In this document: in pieces, positions 38,651-51,112 of the stretch
Layout: every line of letters starts with the position of its first letter
Numbering within the stretch: the stretch's first letter is position 1
Assembly (NCBI GenBank): GCA_011109175.1
Contig: RDEW01000006.1
Coordinates: 1,709,038-1,773,037, forward strand
DNA from: Dicyema japonicum
Lineage: Eukaryota; Animalia; Dicyemida
Reading direction: 5' to 3'
Length of the DNA: 64,000 nucleotides
Program-made: the position numbers and the translations under genes
The notes under the pieces: model-generated
What the model was told of the DNA's origin: nothing
Seen by the model: only the letters and a program-made list of their open reading frames with translations
The model's database searches: none

Positions 38651-39559
38651 CCAATGGGATTTTTTCACTATAGAAAAATATCACTTTTTTGCATTACGAA
38701 ATTCCTAGTAAAACTCGTCTGAATAAAAATCTTTTTCGATTTCCATTGTGATCAGTGCGGTTTTCTCTTGTTGATTGGGAGTATTAGTTGTTTCAAGATG
38801 AATTGGACAAATTTTGTCACGTGCGTTGTGGTCGAGTGTTCTTTGCAGAATTCACTTGAAAAGAGGGTAGTGTGATGAACAAACGGATCGGAAAACTTTT
38901 TTACCACGTGCTTTCAGTCTCTTGTGGAACTAACAATGTATATATAGGACGATTGACTAAATTTTCATATTAAAAATTTGTTTTATTTTTTAACCACGTG
39001 GGCTGTCCTTCACTGTCCTGATGTCTAGGAACTTGTCTTAAAGTTTATAAAAGAATAGTTGGAAGTTTTTGAATTTAGCATTAAACGTAACGCCATGTCG
39101 AGAGGTTGACAGGCACTACAGGAATTACAAAAACTTGAATTCTCATTATCTGAACACTGGGGGACCAAAGGTTTGTGCATTCTTATGGGGAAATTAAAAG
39201 TCGAAACAAATGTTTTACTTATTTTTTGCTCATGATCATTCTATGGCTCTTTTATGACTACGGATGGTATTACACTGCATTTAAGGAGCGTGTTGGCTTC
39301 TTGAAAAGTCGAGGAGAGATGGGGTCAAGTTTGCTATTAGCGTCGATCAGAGAAGAAATAAAGAAAAGGATGGAAAACCTCATGAAAAGTGATGTGATCA
39401 TTGACTCCTACAAAAAGGATAAATTGAGCATAAGAGGATTTGAGGTCAATGATAGAGTCCAAGATGTGGCAAGACTTGTGTATACGAAGCCTCAAAATAA
39501 TGTCCTCTTTACTTTCCTTTGTAAATAAGGTTTGTTAAAATAAAGGTAAGATATTAAAG

Positions 39560-40110
39560 GTTCGGGAGTCGGATGTGGATGCGATGTGGGGCCATATTTT
39601 TAAAAAGTTCGTCAGGGTACATCACCTGAAGCTGAAGATAAGGTCCTCTTCAAATTGTGCAACGCATTCAACTCAATCAGACGATGTATCATCCTTGACG
39701 TTTACGTGAAAAGAACGCAAAAAATTATCCTATAGTCCACAAATCATATTCAAGTCCTTCCCTCCTCTTAATAAGAAATAAATTTTATCGGCGATCGATC
39801 ATGCTGGCAAGATAACTCTACTGTCCTCAATTTATGATACTTGGATCATTGTACCCTTTGAGGAAGCACCGAAAATGTCCTTTCAAAAATAACAATGATT
39901 TCAGAGAATTATAGCAGGATTAGACTTTAATTAACACAAAGAAGTGTGAAGTGGTTGACGAGTGCGGAATCAATCGCCTTTTTCAAAGAACAAACAGAGA
40001 CTACTGTCTCAGATATTCCAATTACTTTCCTCAGCTCTCTTGACTTCCTAGGAGGTGGATCGAATTAGGGATTCCAAGATAGAACATGGATTACTGCCTT
40101 ATATATTCAG
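39560..40110 (+). mobile_element. Old degenerate CRE RT fragment
   Basis: GVGCGC, KLCNAFNSIRRCIILD, SYSSPSLL and GL.(I)NTKKCEV parallel the family-1 RT. Confidence 0.6.
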
Positions 40111-40699
40111 ACCCTGTAAATAAATAAAACGAGTAAAAAAGACTTTGAGTTATATCCAGATATGTTCCACATGTATAATGGACTTAGTCCACAGCCGTCC
40201 ATAGGAATTTTTAAAAATGTGGAAACCAAATTTCCCAAGAACGCGCAAGAAAGGGAGTAATTATATAAAATAGAGGAAAAAATCATGTTTTAATCGGAAA
40301 CTGTTGTCCACGTGGCAGAATTTCGATCGACTATAAGAATTGCATCCTAATAGAATTCCTTAAAGACACCACAGAAGGCACTTCCTGAAAGTAGTTGGGT
40401 CGTTGCGAAACACTCAAGGAGAGTTCAGTGACTTTTGGATACTAGGGTCACCTAATTAGTTGGTTTAACATTTCATTCTTGGTGGTCTCTGAGTTCAGTA
40501 ACAAAAATGTATTAATAAACATACCCCCGAGATGATCGTTGCTCGTTGGAGTGTTGGGAAATATTCGATTCACTTCAAGTAGAGAGGACGTTCAGAAAAG
40601 TACTTTTTTTAGAAAACCAATGTCTTCTATTAACTCCAAGATTTCGTGTATCCGTTCTATCACTTTCACTGTCAAACAGATATCCTCAGGTATATAATA

Positions 40700-40900
40700 A
40701 AATATTGAAGTATGACGCATTTGTCCATTCATATTTGATATTTAGGAACCCCTCCACTGGAGTAGGGAGAAAGTGATCCTTTTTGAATGTTGACCAAGCA
40801 CTGAGCGTCTCCCTAGTCAGGTGAATTCCATAACGCTCTTAGTAATTGAATAAAAGCAAAGAGCAGAAAAATCATCGAACCAGCACAGGATTGATCGTCT
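40700..40900 (-). mobile_element. 5' remnant of a Vingi-like LINE
   Basis: Homologous to 50790-50900. Confidence 0.55.
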
Positions 40901-41328
40901 GTTTACGGTGCCTCTTCTGAATGTTTCTTACTCGGCGTCATGTTAGGAACTTTTCTGGACGACTACTCAGTTCGCATCAATGTCTTCATCGTCTCACAGA
41001 GGATCTACCACATGTCCATTCGTCTACTCTGCATAGAAGAAAATAGACCGGGAAACATTTCGTGTTTCCAAATAATGCTCGAATTGAAAATTATAACGGG
41101 GAAGATCTAAATCGATTTATTTTCTCAAAATCCAACTCACGTGCAATTCTATCTCCTATTTCTAAGTCGATTACGCAATGAACATTTCGATTCAGTATAA
41201 AACGGCTATACAACTTTTCTTCATCAGTGAAATAGCCTAGAACACGTATAATATGTCACGTGCGAGTGAGAAGTTAGACATATAAAGAAAAAGGACGTAT
41301 TTATAGGAAAAAATAGATTGAAAAGTAA

Positions 41329-41551
41329 CTATCTGGCATCAAAGACGGCAACTAGGGGGTAAGATAAAGGGATTACGTCTCGGAGTCCTCTTTTTGTACA
41401 ATATTCGATAGCCACACTCTCGACATCTTATGGGAGCTGACATTCGAAGATTATTCTCCTTATTACATGCTGTAAATAAGATATAAGAAATACATCCACA
41501 GACATAAACGCAGGACGAGATTTTATGTTCCCCAGTTTGCTCAGTAAACAT
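41329..41551 (-). CDS. POLR2K: RNA polymerase I/II/III shared subunit RPABC4 (RPB12)
   Basis: After removing introns 41470-41493 (24 nt) and 41352-41376 (25 nt): MFTEQ...YVCGSCNKEN...[26 protein letters not shown]. Confidence 0.95.
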
Positions 41552-41779
41552 AAACAACGATAAAAGCAATAAATTTGTTATTTAAATTTAATTAAATGTT
41601 TATTAATATTTAATTTAATATTTTAATTAAAACATAATTTAAAGATGATCTCGTCCAACTTCGAGTCCATAAATCTGAAAGCACTCAATCCACCAAATGG
41701 CCCTCTCATTCTTATCGAATAACTGAAAATCCATCCGAGTTATTAGTAGACTTTAAATCCGTCGCGGAAAAAAGATAAG

Positions 41780-43330
41780 ATGCACATCCCCATCGGTTTT
41801 GATATCAGTTTGGGGTACTCAGTTAGCTCAAGACATTCTTTTCTCTTTTAACCAAGTGATCATTGGACAAGAAATAAATAATAAATGGGGTTCTAGTTAA
41901 CAATATCACAAATCACCCCTCTTGGCTCAATTCAATCTCTTCAAAAAGTGACCTCACCATTTATTATCCCTGCGGAGCTTCATGTGACCCGTGTTTATAT
42001 TACCACTCTTTCCAGTGCTCCTTGAAGGCGGGAACCTAGATCTGCACAATTTTAATTGTATTTTGAACATTTCCATTTACTTTGTAAAGAAGATACCCAA
42101 ATGAGGATGATCGATAAAATTATGACTTTGACCTTAATTGACTTTGCACTAATAATTCGATTCGTCACAACCCCCTTCCTGCCTCCAAACTAAAGTCCAT
42201 TTTAAATCTTGCTGTACCGTAGCAGTAATTGTGCTTCAGTGATATCCAAACTAATGGGTCAACTGATCACATATCGTGCAATGTTGAGTTTTTATTATTT
42301 TTGGCCAGTTGAAACGATAAGCAATTTCATTTGTCTTTATGGAATCGTCAGGGTCTTCAGTTCTGATTTTGATGCACTCCAGGTCCCTCGTTGTACAAAA
42401 GGACGAAAGCATTATATGTTACCGACCGTACTGCTAACCACGTCTCATGTAAAGCTGAATCGTAGTTATTGGATGAATTCACTGATTCAGAAAATTAGGT
42501 CAATGTTTTGGAAAAACGAAAATATGCTAGATATTGAATAATGGTCATGGAACGTTTTTTTAGAAAACCATGAACTGAAGACTACATGTTTTGAGGTCAC
42601 AAGATCTTTGTGAATTGCAATAAGGAAGCGTGGAAGTCTGGGGAAATCACAGCCAAACGCTTGCGTGTGATAGGGGCAAGTGGATGAAGATTCCTTTGCC
42701 ACTAGTTTCCCAAGTTGGAGAAAGAGTTCAATAATGTCCCTTCCTGCCATTGTGCTTTGACTTCAGGAGATTATGTGGAAATTCGCTGTTTTTCCACGTG
42801 CAAGTTTCATGTTACAGAAAATTTCAAAAAAACTTATTATTCAATAACTTTTTTCTTGGAATTTTTCCACATTCAAACTTCAAATTAGTACAAATTTTAC
42901 TCTTCTTGTATAACGATAGTTTCTTGACATTTCCAGTCCGGCCGTTTTCCGTAACAAACTCAAATAAATTGCTGGATTACGACCTGAGCATCCACCATGT
43001 GATATATAATAAAACAGGACCCACAACCTGATCCTTCATACGAGTGACTATATTTTGCTAGGATGAAATGTAATTATTTCAAAGACCAAGGGAAAACAAA
43101 ACTGACTAATCTTGTGATCCTGGTGGCCAAGGCAAATAACAGTTATTCCAAATTATGAGTGGGAATAAAGTGGAATCACTGGCATTGCCGTATCCACATG
43201 GTTTGGAAAATAAGAACAAACGTTTCATCCATCTATAAAATATATAAAGACATCTTGAGTAATAGAAATAGTCGATGGTAACTACCTAACGTTGGGTGTT
43301 TAATAGTTTACAGTCTTGTAGAGATAGGTC
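41780..43330 (+). CDS. Possible RIC1-like WD/beta-propeller gene, 5' part, fragmented
   Basis: Colinear weak motifs MHIPIG, LTIYY, WSTD, LSLWN..G.Q, EDYMF.G.KIFVN, HWH resemble RIC1; needs indels and stop corrections. Confidence 0.35.
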
Positions 43331-43369
43331 AGACATTTTTTGAAGATCCTCTTTTTTCTATCACTATTC

Positions 43370-44085
43370 TAGCTATTCATGGCGGATCTCCCCACACTGG
43401 AAATTGGTAATGCAGACGACAATGTCAATGTTCTACGTGATCGTGACATCCAGATTGCTACTTCGAAATTCCAACAAAATCAAAATCATTTTAACGAATG
43501 GTTATCAATGAATCGTCTGTCTACCAGCACTGAGAAGTCCGTCACAACTCTCTTCACATCAGACAAAATGACAAAGAAGATGGACGATCGATTTGAAAAC
43601 TAACAATGGTGTTATCCCGTTCAGAAAATCACGAAAGATCATTGGGGTGAGTTTTGAAAATGCACTGTCATTCTCCCCCATGTAATACAAAATGTAAAAA
43701 ACTGATTTGTTGAAATTTCTATCGGGATTATGGAAGAGCCCTATCCTGACTTCTATATACAACCAATCTATTGAACCCTGCATTTCTTATGCAAGTAGAA
43801 TCTGGGGTCCATTCATTACTTTGACAGATGTTTTAGGGTCGCTGCTAGCCAAAAAAGAGCCTCCGAAATTACAGAACGATGGACTTCTGGAGATCTCAGT
43901 TTCCAATGCCTCTAGAATCCACGATAAGCATGAACCGTGGAGTGTGGCGTCGTTACTACGAAGCTCCAGCCATTCGGTCGATACTTGCTTGTGTGGGGTC
44001 GAAGGATAGTCCTTGATAGAGCGTACTACGGTCACGTGATTAGTTAGTTTGGTATAACCATGGTCTTGGTATTACTATTATTATC
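43370..44085 (+). mobile_element. Vingi/Jockey-like LINE 3' part
   Basis: NADD, KIIGVSF, IEPCISYASRIW; tail at about 44040-44085. Confidence 0.7.
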
Positions 44086-44089
44086 GTAT

Positions 44090-45330
44090 CAAGTGGTTTA
44101 AAACATCTTACAAGCCGATTCCTCATCGATGTTCCATATCGTGGATTCTACGCTTAATCTGAGAAATAATTAGTAAATTTTATCAAAATTTAATGACTCA
44201 TGGCTTTCTTAATCCATTTCGTTCAAATTTTCTAATCACTTTTAAATTCAGCTAGGTTTCTTGATCTTTCAATGATTTAGTAAAATAATACTATCATTCA
44301 ACAAACTACTAAGCATTTTCGAAATGATGGTCATACATATATTCAAAGAAGACAATCTCCGCTATCGAGAATCTTTGAGTCACCCGCTAATGCATTCCCG
44401 GTTTCTTTGATGGCCCCTTTACCCATTCTCCCAACCGCTTAAGAGGTTTGAAAGAGATTGGGGTGAAGTGGAAATGAGCCCCACGGTCCGAGTATTAATT
44501 TAATTTTTTTCGTTCTTCAAAGTCTACATTTTGGAATTCAGAATGAGTTGTCAATGGAAAACGTGAATCGGTGACTGAGGCGACGCAAACACATCCTATT
44601 TTAGTCTCCACGGACAAACACAGAGGTCTTGATAAAACACGGGTACCCAACTGACACAAAACCGCAGCTTTATCTGACCCCAGGATGTCACTGGGAATTG
44701 AAGATGGAACAGAAATTCACAGAGGAAACCCAGGGTCGGTTTTTGATTGTGGACAAAAGCAGAGAGTCATGTGGTAATCCAAGAATCAGATGGAGAAGAG
44801 CTAGACCCTGGTCCATTGTTATTTATCCACTAAAGTAAGTGCAACAAAGATGAGTGGGGAAGGGCACGTGGCATATCGAGCTCGATTTTGTAAATGAACT
44901 AAATCGGATTCCTTCAGCATATAGCGCGGAAATTGATAAATATTTGTTGAGATCAAATTGTGTCCTAGAGACATGTTATTCGGCTATGACCTTTATTGGT
45001 GAACGTAGTGTCTGATGACATCGTATCCGACTGTCGTGGGTTAGGAAAAATGGACTTTTCAGTGAGGTCAATTATCGTCAATTAGATCCCACCAGTGAAG
45101 TGATCAGTCCTTCTGACACGACACAGTGGTTGAAAGGGATTTTACTACCATCTCCCTGACTATTCCAATGATTTCCGCGATGGTAGGATGTGTTATGATA
45201 ACGGAAGACGGCAGACTATTGATAACAAAGTGGACCTAAATATAATTATAGCAGCTTGAGGGATTTCACGAGAGTAACTCAAAATGTATTAATCTGTCTT
45301 TACAGCTTGCCTCTAGCTGATCTGAATTAA
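44090..45330 (-). mobile_element. Second degenerate Penelope-like remnant
   Basis: KRRIH and VGYPCFI motifs, plus weak similarity to 35.3-36.0 kb. Confidence 0.35.
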
Positions 45331-47644
45331 AGATATTTTAACCAATCACAAGAAAAACCTTTCGAGATACGAAAACTTCAACGGTCATTGTGTTAATAAT
45401 TTACCCCACCTACCGATGACAAAAACCATCGGGAGATCTACACACATACGTAAATGGGGAAAATATGGTCGGAGGCATTCGATGTGTGCTATTTAATTTC
45501 TCTAGTAACAACTTGTTCTCCACCGCCGTTGACACACGATCGACTATTTCATTTTTCCCAAGGAGCAGTGGTGCTGGCTATAAAGCCTACTTATTTACGT
45601 ATAATCGTTAATTCCGAACTTGAATTCAACAAAAAACATATACGTTACTCAAAAAATCACGCGTTACCATACATTCTACATATTCTATTTCTTAATAAAG
45701 TTTTGATCAGCTTTTTTCATAACTAACAAAGTTTTCTAAATAAATTTGTCAAAGTAAAAAATTTGAAATTATATTGTCAAAATTTAGAATTTATAGTCAA
45801 TAACCGTTCTGGTGATCACTAACGGTCAGGCCTCCTATGGTCTTGAATAGGTGACTAGATTATTCTGCTGATTGAATATTTTGACATCTTTTCCCTTTTT
45901 GTCTCTTCTTGAAGCGATCCAGGTTTTTTCATTTCCTTCAGAATGTTTAAATGCTGTGTTTGAGGTAAATAGGTCAAACAAGAGCAGAATTGGACCAGTG
46001 ATATTCTTCATCTTCCTCATAAACTGCTTTGCAATGCGTCCAATTCCAACTCAGTTTATTCAATCTTCCTACAAAAGAAAGAATTCATCCCCCGTCTCTT
46101 CTAAAGAATAGTCACTTTGAATGTAATCTAAAATCGACAATCCAAGGCAAGCGGAATTTTTAATATTATAGATAACCTATTTCCTGGTCTTGGATACATA
46201 GTCACCGACAAATGATCCATTCCATCAATTTAAAATCATTTCCATAAATAATAATTCCAAAATCAAGTCTCTAATCTTCCATGAGAATATTGAGTATCCC
46301 CCAATCTTGTGCAGACATTGGACTTTGATCCTTCAAACCTCTTTTTCGAATGAAATTGAATAAGAAGCTAGGTCAAGGAATCTATGCCAATTTATAACCG
46401 ATTCTGATGGAAGAGATGAAACTGAGAAATTGAATAATTAGAAAATAAGTTCATTTTGATAATCAATTTTAATTCAAATTACAAGATGAACACTCACAAT
46501 TCAATATAATATTGAAGGTTTCCAGAATGAGAACACCATGATATCTTTTCAGGAAACTTGAATTCGACTTGTTTATCAATAAATTTGAACAAAAATTAAA
46601 AATCATACTAAATTTCATATAAAAATATCTAAAAATTATATATCTACACGTCAGTAGAACAAATATAAAAATATATATTCCTAGCGGGAACAAATGGGAA
46701 CAGCACTAGAAAAATACCACTTTATGTTAATTTAAATTTTATTAAATTTTTGGTCCGACAACAATAAAGTTAATATTTTAATATTATTATATTTTATTAT
46801 TTTATTAAAAATCATACGAAAAACTTACCTAATGAAGGATTCGGCTTCATACAGGTCGGTCGCGTTATTGTGTTGTTGTAGAAAATTATGGAAGGGCTGG
46901 TTCTCGTGAAGTGTTCAGAAACTGAATAGAAACCTTAAACCAAAACCCACGACGATAAGCGGACAAACTCGATCTTATACATTCATACATGGACGATTCA
47001 GTTATCAGAGAATGAGTCTTGAAGGAGAACAAAGTCCGAGTACCGCAACCGTGACTTATGTCCAATGAGTTTGGGGATTCATCATTACTCTCTAATGAAG
47101 ATGTCAGCTTAAATTATTGGTCAGATAAGCCGGGAATATGAGATCAGACGCCTTGATTTTCTGTGACCTAATTTTGCAAACACAACATGGTCATAATAGA
47201 ATAAAATGGCGAGACTCAGAAAACTCCATGAACGGAGATATGCTCAGCATCTCATGGCAGCCTTAGCCTGGTTTGTTCTGTTGCTTAATAAACTTTACAA
47301 AATGGCTTTTATGAAAACTAATTCTGAGATGAGTGTAAGACCATCTACCAACAGCCTACAAACCTGTTACTGAAAACAACATAAGCAAAAGAAATAAAAG
47401 ATTAATTCAAGCACAGACGTCAGTAGTGTTAACCTTAGAAAGCACTTTGCCCGCTAGTGGGAGAAGAATGTGATTTCTTAGTCATATAATAATCACTACT
47501 GTTGAAGACGAGGAGACAACAACAAGTCCACTGTGATGAGTAAGGAATCATATTAGACAAATGTATTAAAAGTCAGTCACCTGGTAGTCATTGTGACTAC
47601 TTTTGACAGACTTCCTATTATGTTGCTTGTAATGAGTCTGTGGT

Positions 47645-48070
47645 AATATAATTTCGCTGTTGCGGCAGATGTCACCTTTGAGGGCAGTAGTTACCCACAA
47701 GATCTCTCATAGTATGGTTAACGGAGTAGTGTTAACCTGTATCAATAAGGTTATGGCTTATGCAGTGGAGGCTAAGCCAGTAGGGTCACTTGGCGACATC
47801 TCCCTAGTTCTGTATGCATCACAGATCAAATATGAGTTTACGCAAGGGCCAGACAACCCATTAAATGGAGGGAGCAGATCTGTGCCAAAATTGCTTGGAA
47901 GCAGACTGAGCTGGAAGCACTGTAAGGACACACATAATTAGTGCGGCGAGAGTGGTCTATAGTAAAGGAACTAATTAGTAAACTCTATGTTCCCCAATGA
48001 GACCTCAAAGAGTCGAGGAGGGCAAAGGTGGAGTTAGAAAGAGCAATAATGGTGTATAAGAGAAATATTT
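47645..48070 (+). repeat. About 420-bp direct duplicate of 49375-49800 (pre-RT region of an R4-like LINE)
   Basis: Colinear similarity starting at TCGCTGTTGCGGCAGATGTCACC. Confidence 0.85.
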
Positions 48071-49374
48071 ATTATGTAATGAAATCAACACGTTGTTTGT
48101 CTATTTCTGTTCTTCTATTCTCTTCTACTCAATCCTTCTATTCAATTTTCAAATGACCGTTATTTTACATATTCTGAAAAAACTGCAAACAAAAGTGATA
48201 GAAAATGGAGTCGTTTGTGATTTCACCTCCCATCTCATAAGACCAATGGAGAGGTGGAAATGTGTTTTTACCGGTTGTGTTGTTTGTAAGATTAACCAAC
48301 AGGCAACAAATAAATGAATTTCCAAAGTATTCAAGAACATTGCTCTGAACACTCACGGAAGTAAGATGGCTTTCGGAAGTAAGATGGCTTTCGGAAAGAA
48401 AGGCATTAAATCAATTTGAAGATAAAAATAAGGTTCACAGAAAAAAACTGAGAAACATTTATCTAATAGGCTATTACTACAAAGTTAGAATTAGAAGCTT
48501 TTGTAGTAAATCGTTATTGTTAGGAGCCTTTGGTATCCCTCACGTGTTGCATTAAAAGCGCTTGTTCCAGAAAAATCTACACGTGTTTTCCAATCGTTGC
48601 ATAATGTAGTTTGAAAATAAAGACATTCAAAAATAGATGAATTGAGCAGTTAAAATATCAATAAGTTGACAAGGTAATCACTACAATAATTATTCATTTT
48701 TATTGAGATTTGTGAATTACTGTGACTGATTCGTTTTCGCTATCAGAAGCACGTGGAAGTATTCAACTTCAACGTGAAGTACGATAATAAACGAATTGAT
48801 AAAAATGACCTTTTTTTGTTGAAAATTATAAATCTTAAAAATAATGAGATTAATGTTGAAGAATATTTTTGCATTTTTCCAAATGACCGACAACTTGGTG
48901 CAATATTGACCTAGATATCAAAGTCATCAATAAATTCTCATGAAGGAAAGAAATTTTACTAAAGACAATGTTAAAAATTACATAAAGGCCTGGAAAATAT
49001 GTGTTAGCTAATTAACCGTCCCCAGGAGAGGATATTAAGGTTAACATTCAAATTCACTCAAAGGTGGCAATTTTCACGATACGATTTTTTCTCAAAAAAG
49101 CTGATAATCTAAATTGACAAACGACCACGAAGGATTCATATTTACATGACCTCCAAATTATTTATGAGAGTAAAGTGGTGCACATTGATACAAAACTTGT
49201 CCCGTCCTTTGTCAGGTTGCAAATGACTTCTATGATTGAGCTCAAGAAAATAGCTGTAGACAACTATGGTCAGAGAAGGAATACTGTTTTAAAGGCGGGG
49301 ACTAACTGTCAAAGAAAGCACGAGCACCCGAGCTGTGATATATTCCAGCTCGAGCATATTTATGAGGTTTTCAC

Positions 49375-50310
49375 GTGTAATCTCGCTGTTGCGGCAGATG
49401 TCACCTTTGAGGGCAGTAGTCACCCACAAGATCCCTCATAGTATGGTTTACGGAGTAGTGTTAACCTGTATCAATAAGGTTGTGGCTTATGCGTGGAAGG
49501 TAAGCCAGTAGGGTGGGCGACATCTCCCTAGTTCTGTATGCATCACAGATCAAATATGAGGAGTTCACGCAAGGCCAGACAACCCATTAAATGGAGGGAG
49601 CAGATCTGTGAGAAGATTGCTTGGAGGCAGACTGAGCTGGAAGCACTGGAGGGGCACATAACTAGTGTGGCGAGAGGGGTTAGAGGAAAAGCACCGCCTA
49701 TAGTAAAGGGGCTAATTAGTAAACTCCGTGTTCCCAAATGGGACCTCAAGAGTTGAGGAGGGAAAAGGTAAAGTTAGAGGGGCAATAATGGTATATAAGA
49801 GGAAACTCTATACACATAAAAGTCGGTGTAAAAGAAGGAGAAAAAATAATCTGTTTGAGTTTAATCGCAGATTGTTTTACCGTCGCCTACACGAAAATGG
49901 CCATAATGCATGTTCACAGCAGGACGCCGAAATGCTTTTCACATGGGGTAGTATGTGGGAGGCTAAATCACATAGAGGAAATGCGTGGAATGTATTGAGA
50001 CGTCTCACTGATTGGAAGACGACCTGGGTAGATAAAGTTTACAATTTCTTTATTAAAAGATCTACCTCATTGCACGAGTCTATGTGTCGAGTAATACAGA
50101 AGAGCGTCACTAACCCGGAACGATTCCTGATTGGGCCAACTTATTTGATCCCAAAGCTGCACAAACCTCAGTCTGCTGCAGATTATCGACCAAAACCTTC
50201 ATGCCAACCTTGTATAAGATGATGACCAAATTGGCGGCAATAAGGTCAGGATATTTTTAGATGCAAATGGATTTCTCTCCAAGAATCAGTTGGGTACCGT
50301 ACGAAAAAAT
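49375..50310 (+). mobile_element. R4-like LINE, 5' / RT N-terminal part, 3'-truncated
   Basis: NNLFEFNRRLFYRRL, TYLIPK..ADYRP; 50185-50305 is homologous to 9930-10050. Confidence 0.8.
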
Positions 50311-50662
50311 TCGTTTTTGAAGAAACTACCGGCAAATGTTTGACAGATTATTATATGCGCTTAGATGGTTCGCTATTCGACGCCTTCCGAAACATAAGAG
50401 ATGTTTTGGAGATTAACATTAGTCAAATAAATTCGCATATGGGAGAAACTTGGAATCGTGTGACTATAATTACAATAATTCTTGAAAAAGATAAAAGAAC
50501 GATGATCTGTAAGAATTATTCCAAAAAACAAATGCAAACAAAATGTTGAATGTATATTATAATTTTATTTATTTATTAACCCCGGACAGTCGAACTCTTC
50601 TGAGGTTCCTGTACCATGAGATCATTTACATAGTGCTAATAATTCACGTACACAATTATTTA

Positions 50663-50978
50663 TTTATTAACCCCGGATACACCGAGAAAGAAGTTAAAGT
50701 AAACAACTAATTAAGTGTATCCAGTTTCCACTTCTACAGAAACAGAGTCCATCCGGAATTAGCATAGGTAAAGACGTCCATTACATGCAGTTGTGGAAAC
50801 CCCTCCAGTGGAGTGGGGGAGAGCAAATGATCCTTTTTCGTGCCGGTCTGGCACTGGACGCCACCTAGACAGGTGGATCACATGACGCCACTCTAATAGG
50901 AAGAAGGAGGAGGAACAGACGAACAAAGAGAAACTTCAACCAATTAGCCACGAAGCACCACATGGCCGCCACGCGGCT
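50663..50978 (-). mobile_element. About 316-bp non-autonomous LINE derivative (5' end + 3' end, internal deletion)
   Basis: 5' module is shared with 12560-12897; 3' module is shared with the 34401 and 62375 tails; possible low-complexity ATTATTTA TSD. Confidence 0.75.
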
Positions 50979-51112
50979 ATTATTTAGAAGATGTTCATTA
51001 TATTTTACAAAAAGACAACATGGAAAATGATTGACTTTTTAATAAATTCATTTCTTTTTAATAAAAAAATAATTTGAAATTAATATTTCAAATTAAATTG
51101 TTAATGTAGTTC

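Noticed and set aside
46820-46930. Cold-shock domain (EGFGFIQ followed by a 27-nt GT-AG segment)
   Set aside because: Single short motif; the downstream frame closes without indel correction.
50935-50978. A second HDV-like ribozyme at the extreme 5' end (GCTAATTGG)
   Set aside because: Only a P4/J4-2-like piece is present; no P2 5' strand, P3 or L3 upstream in either copy.
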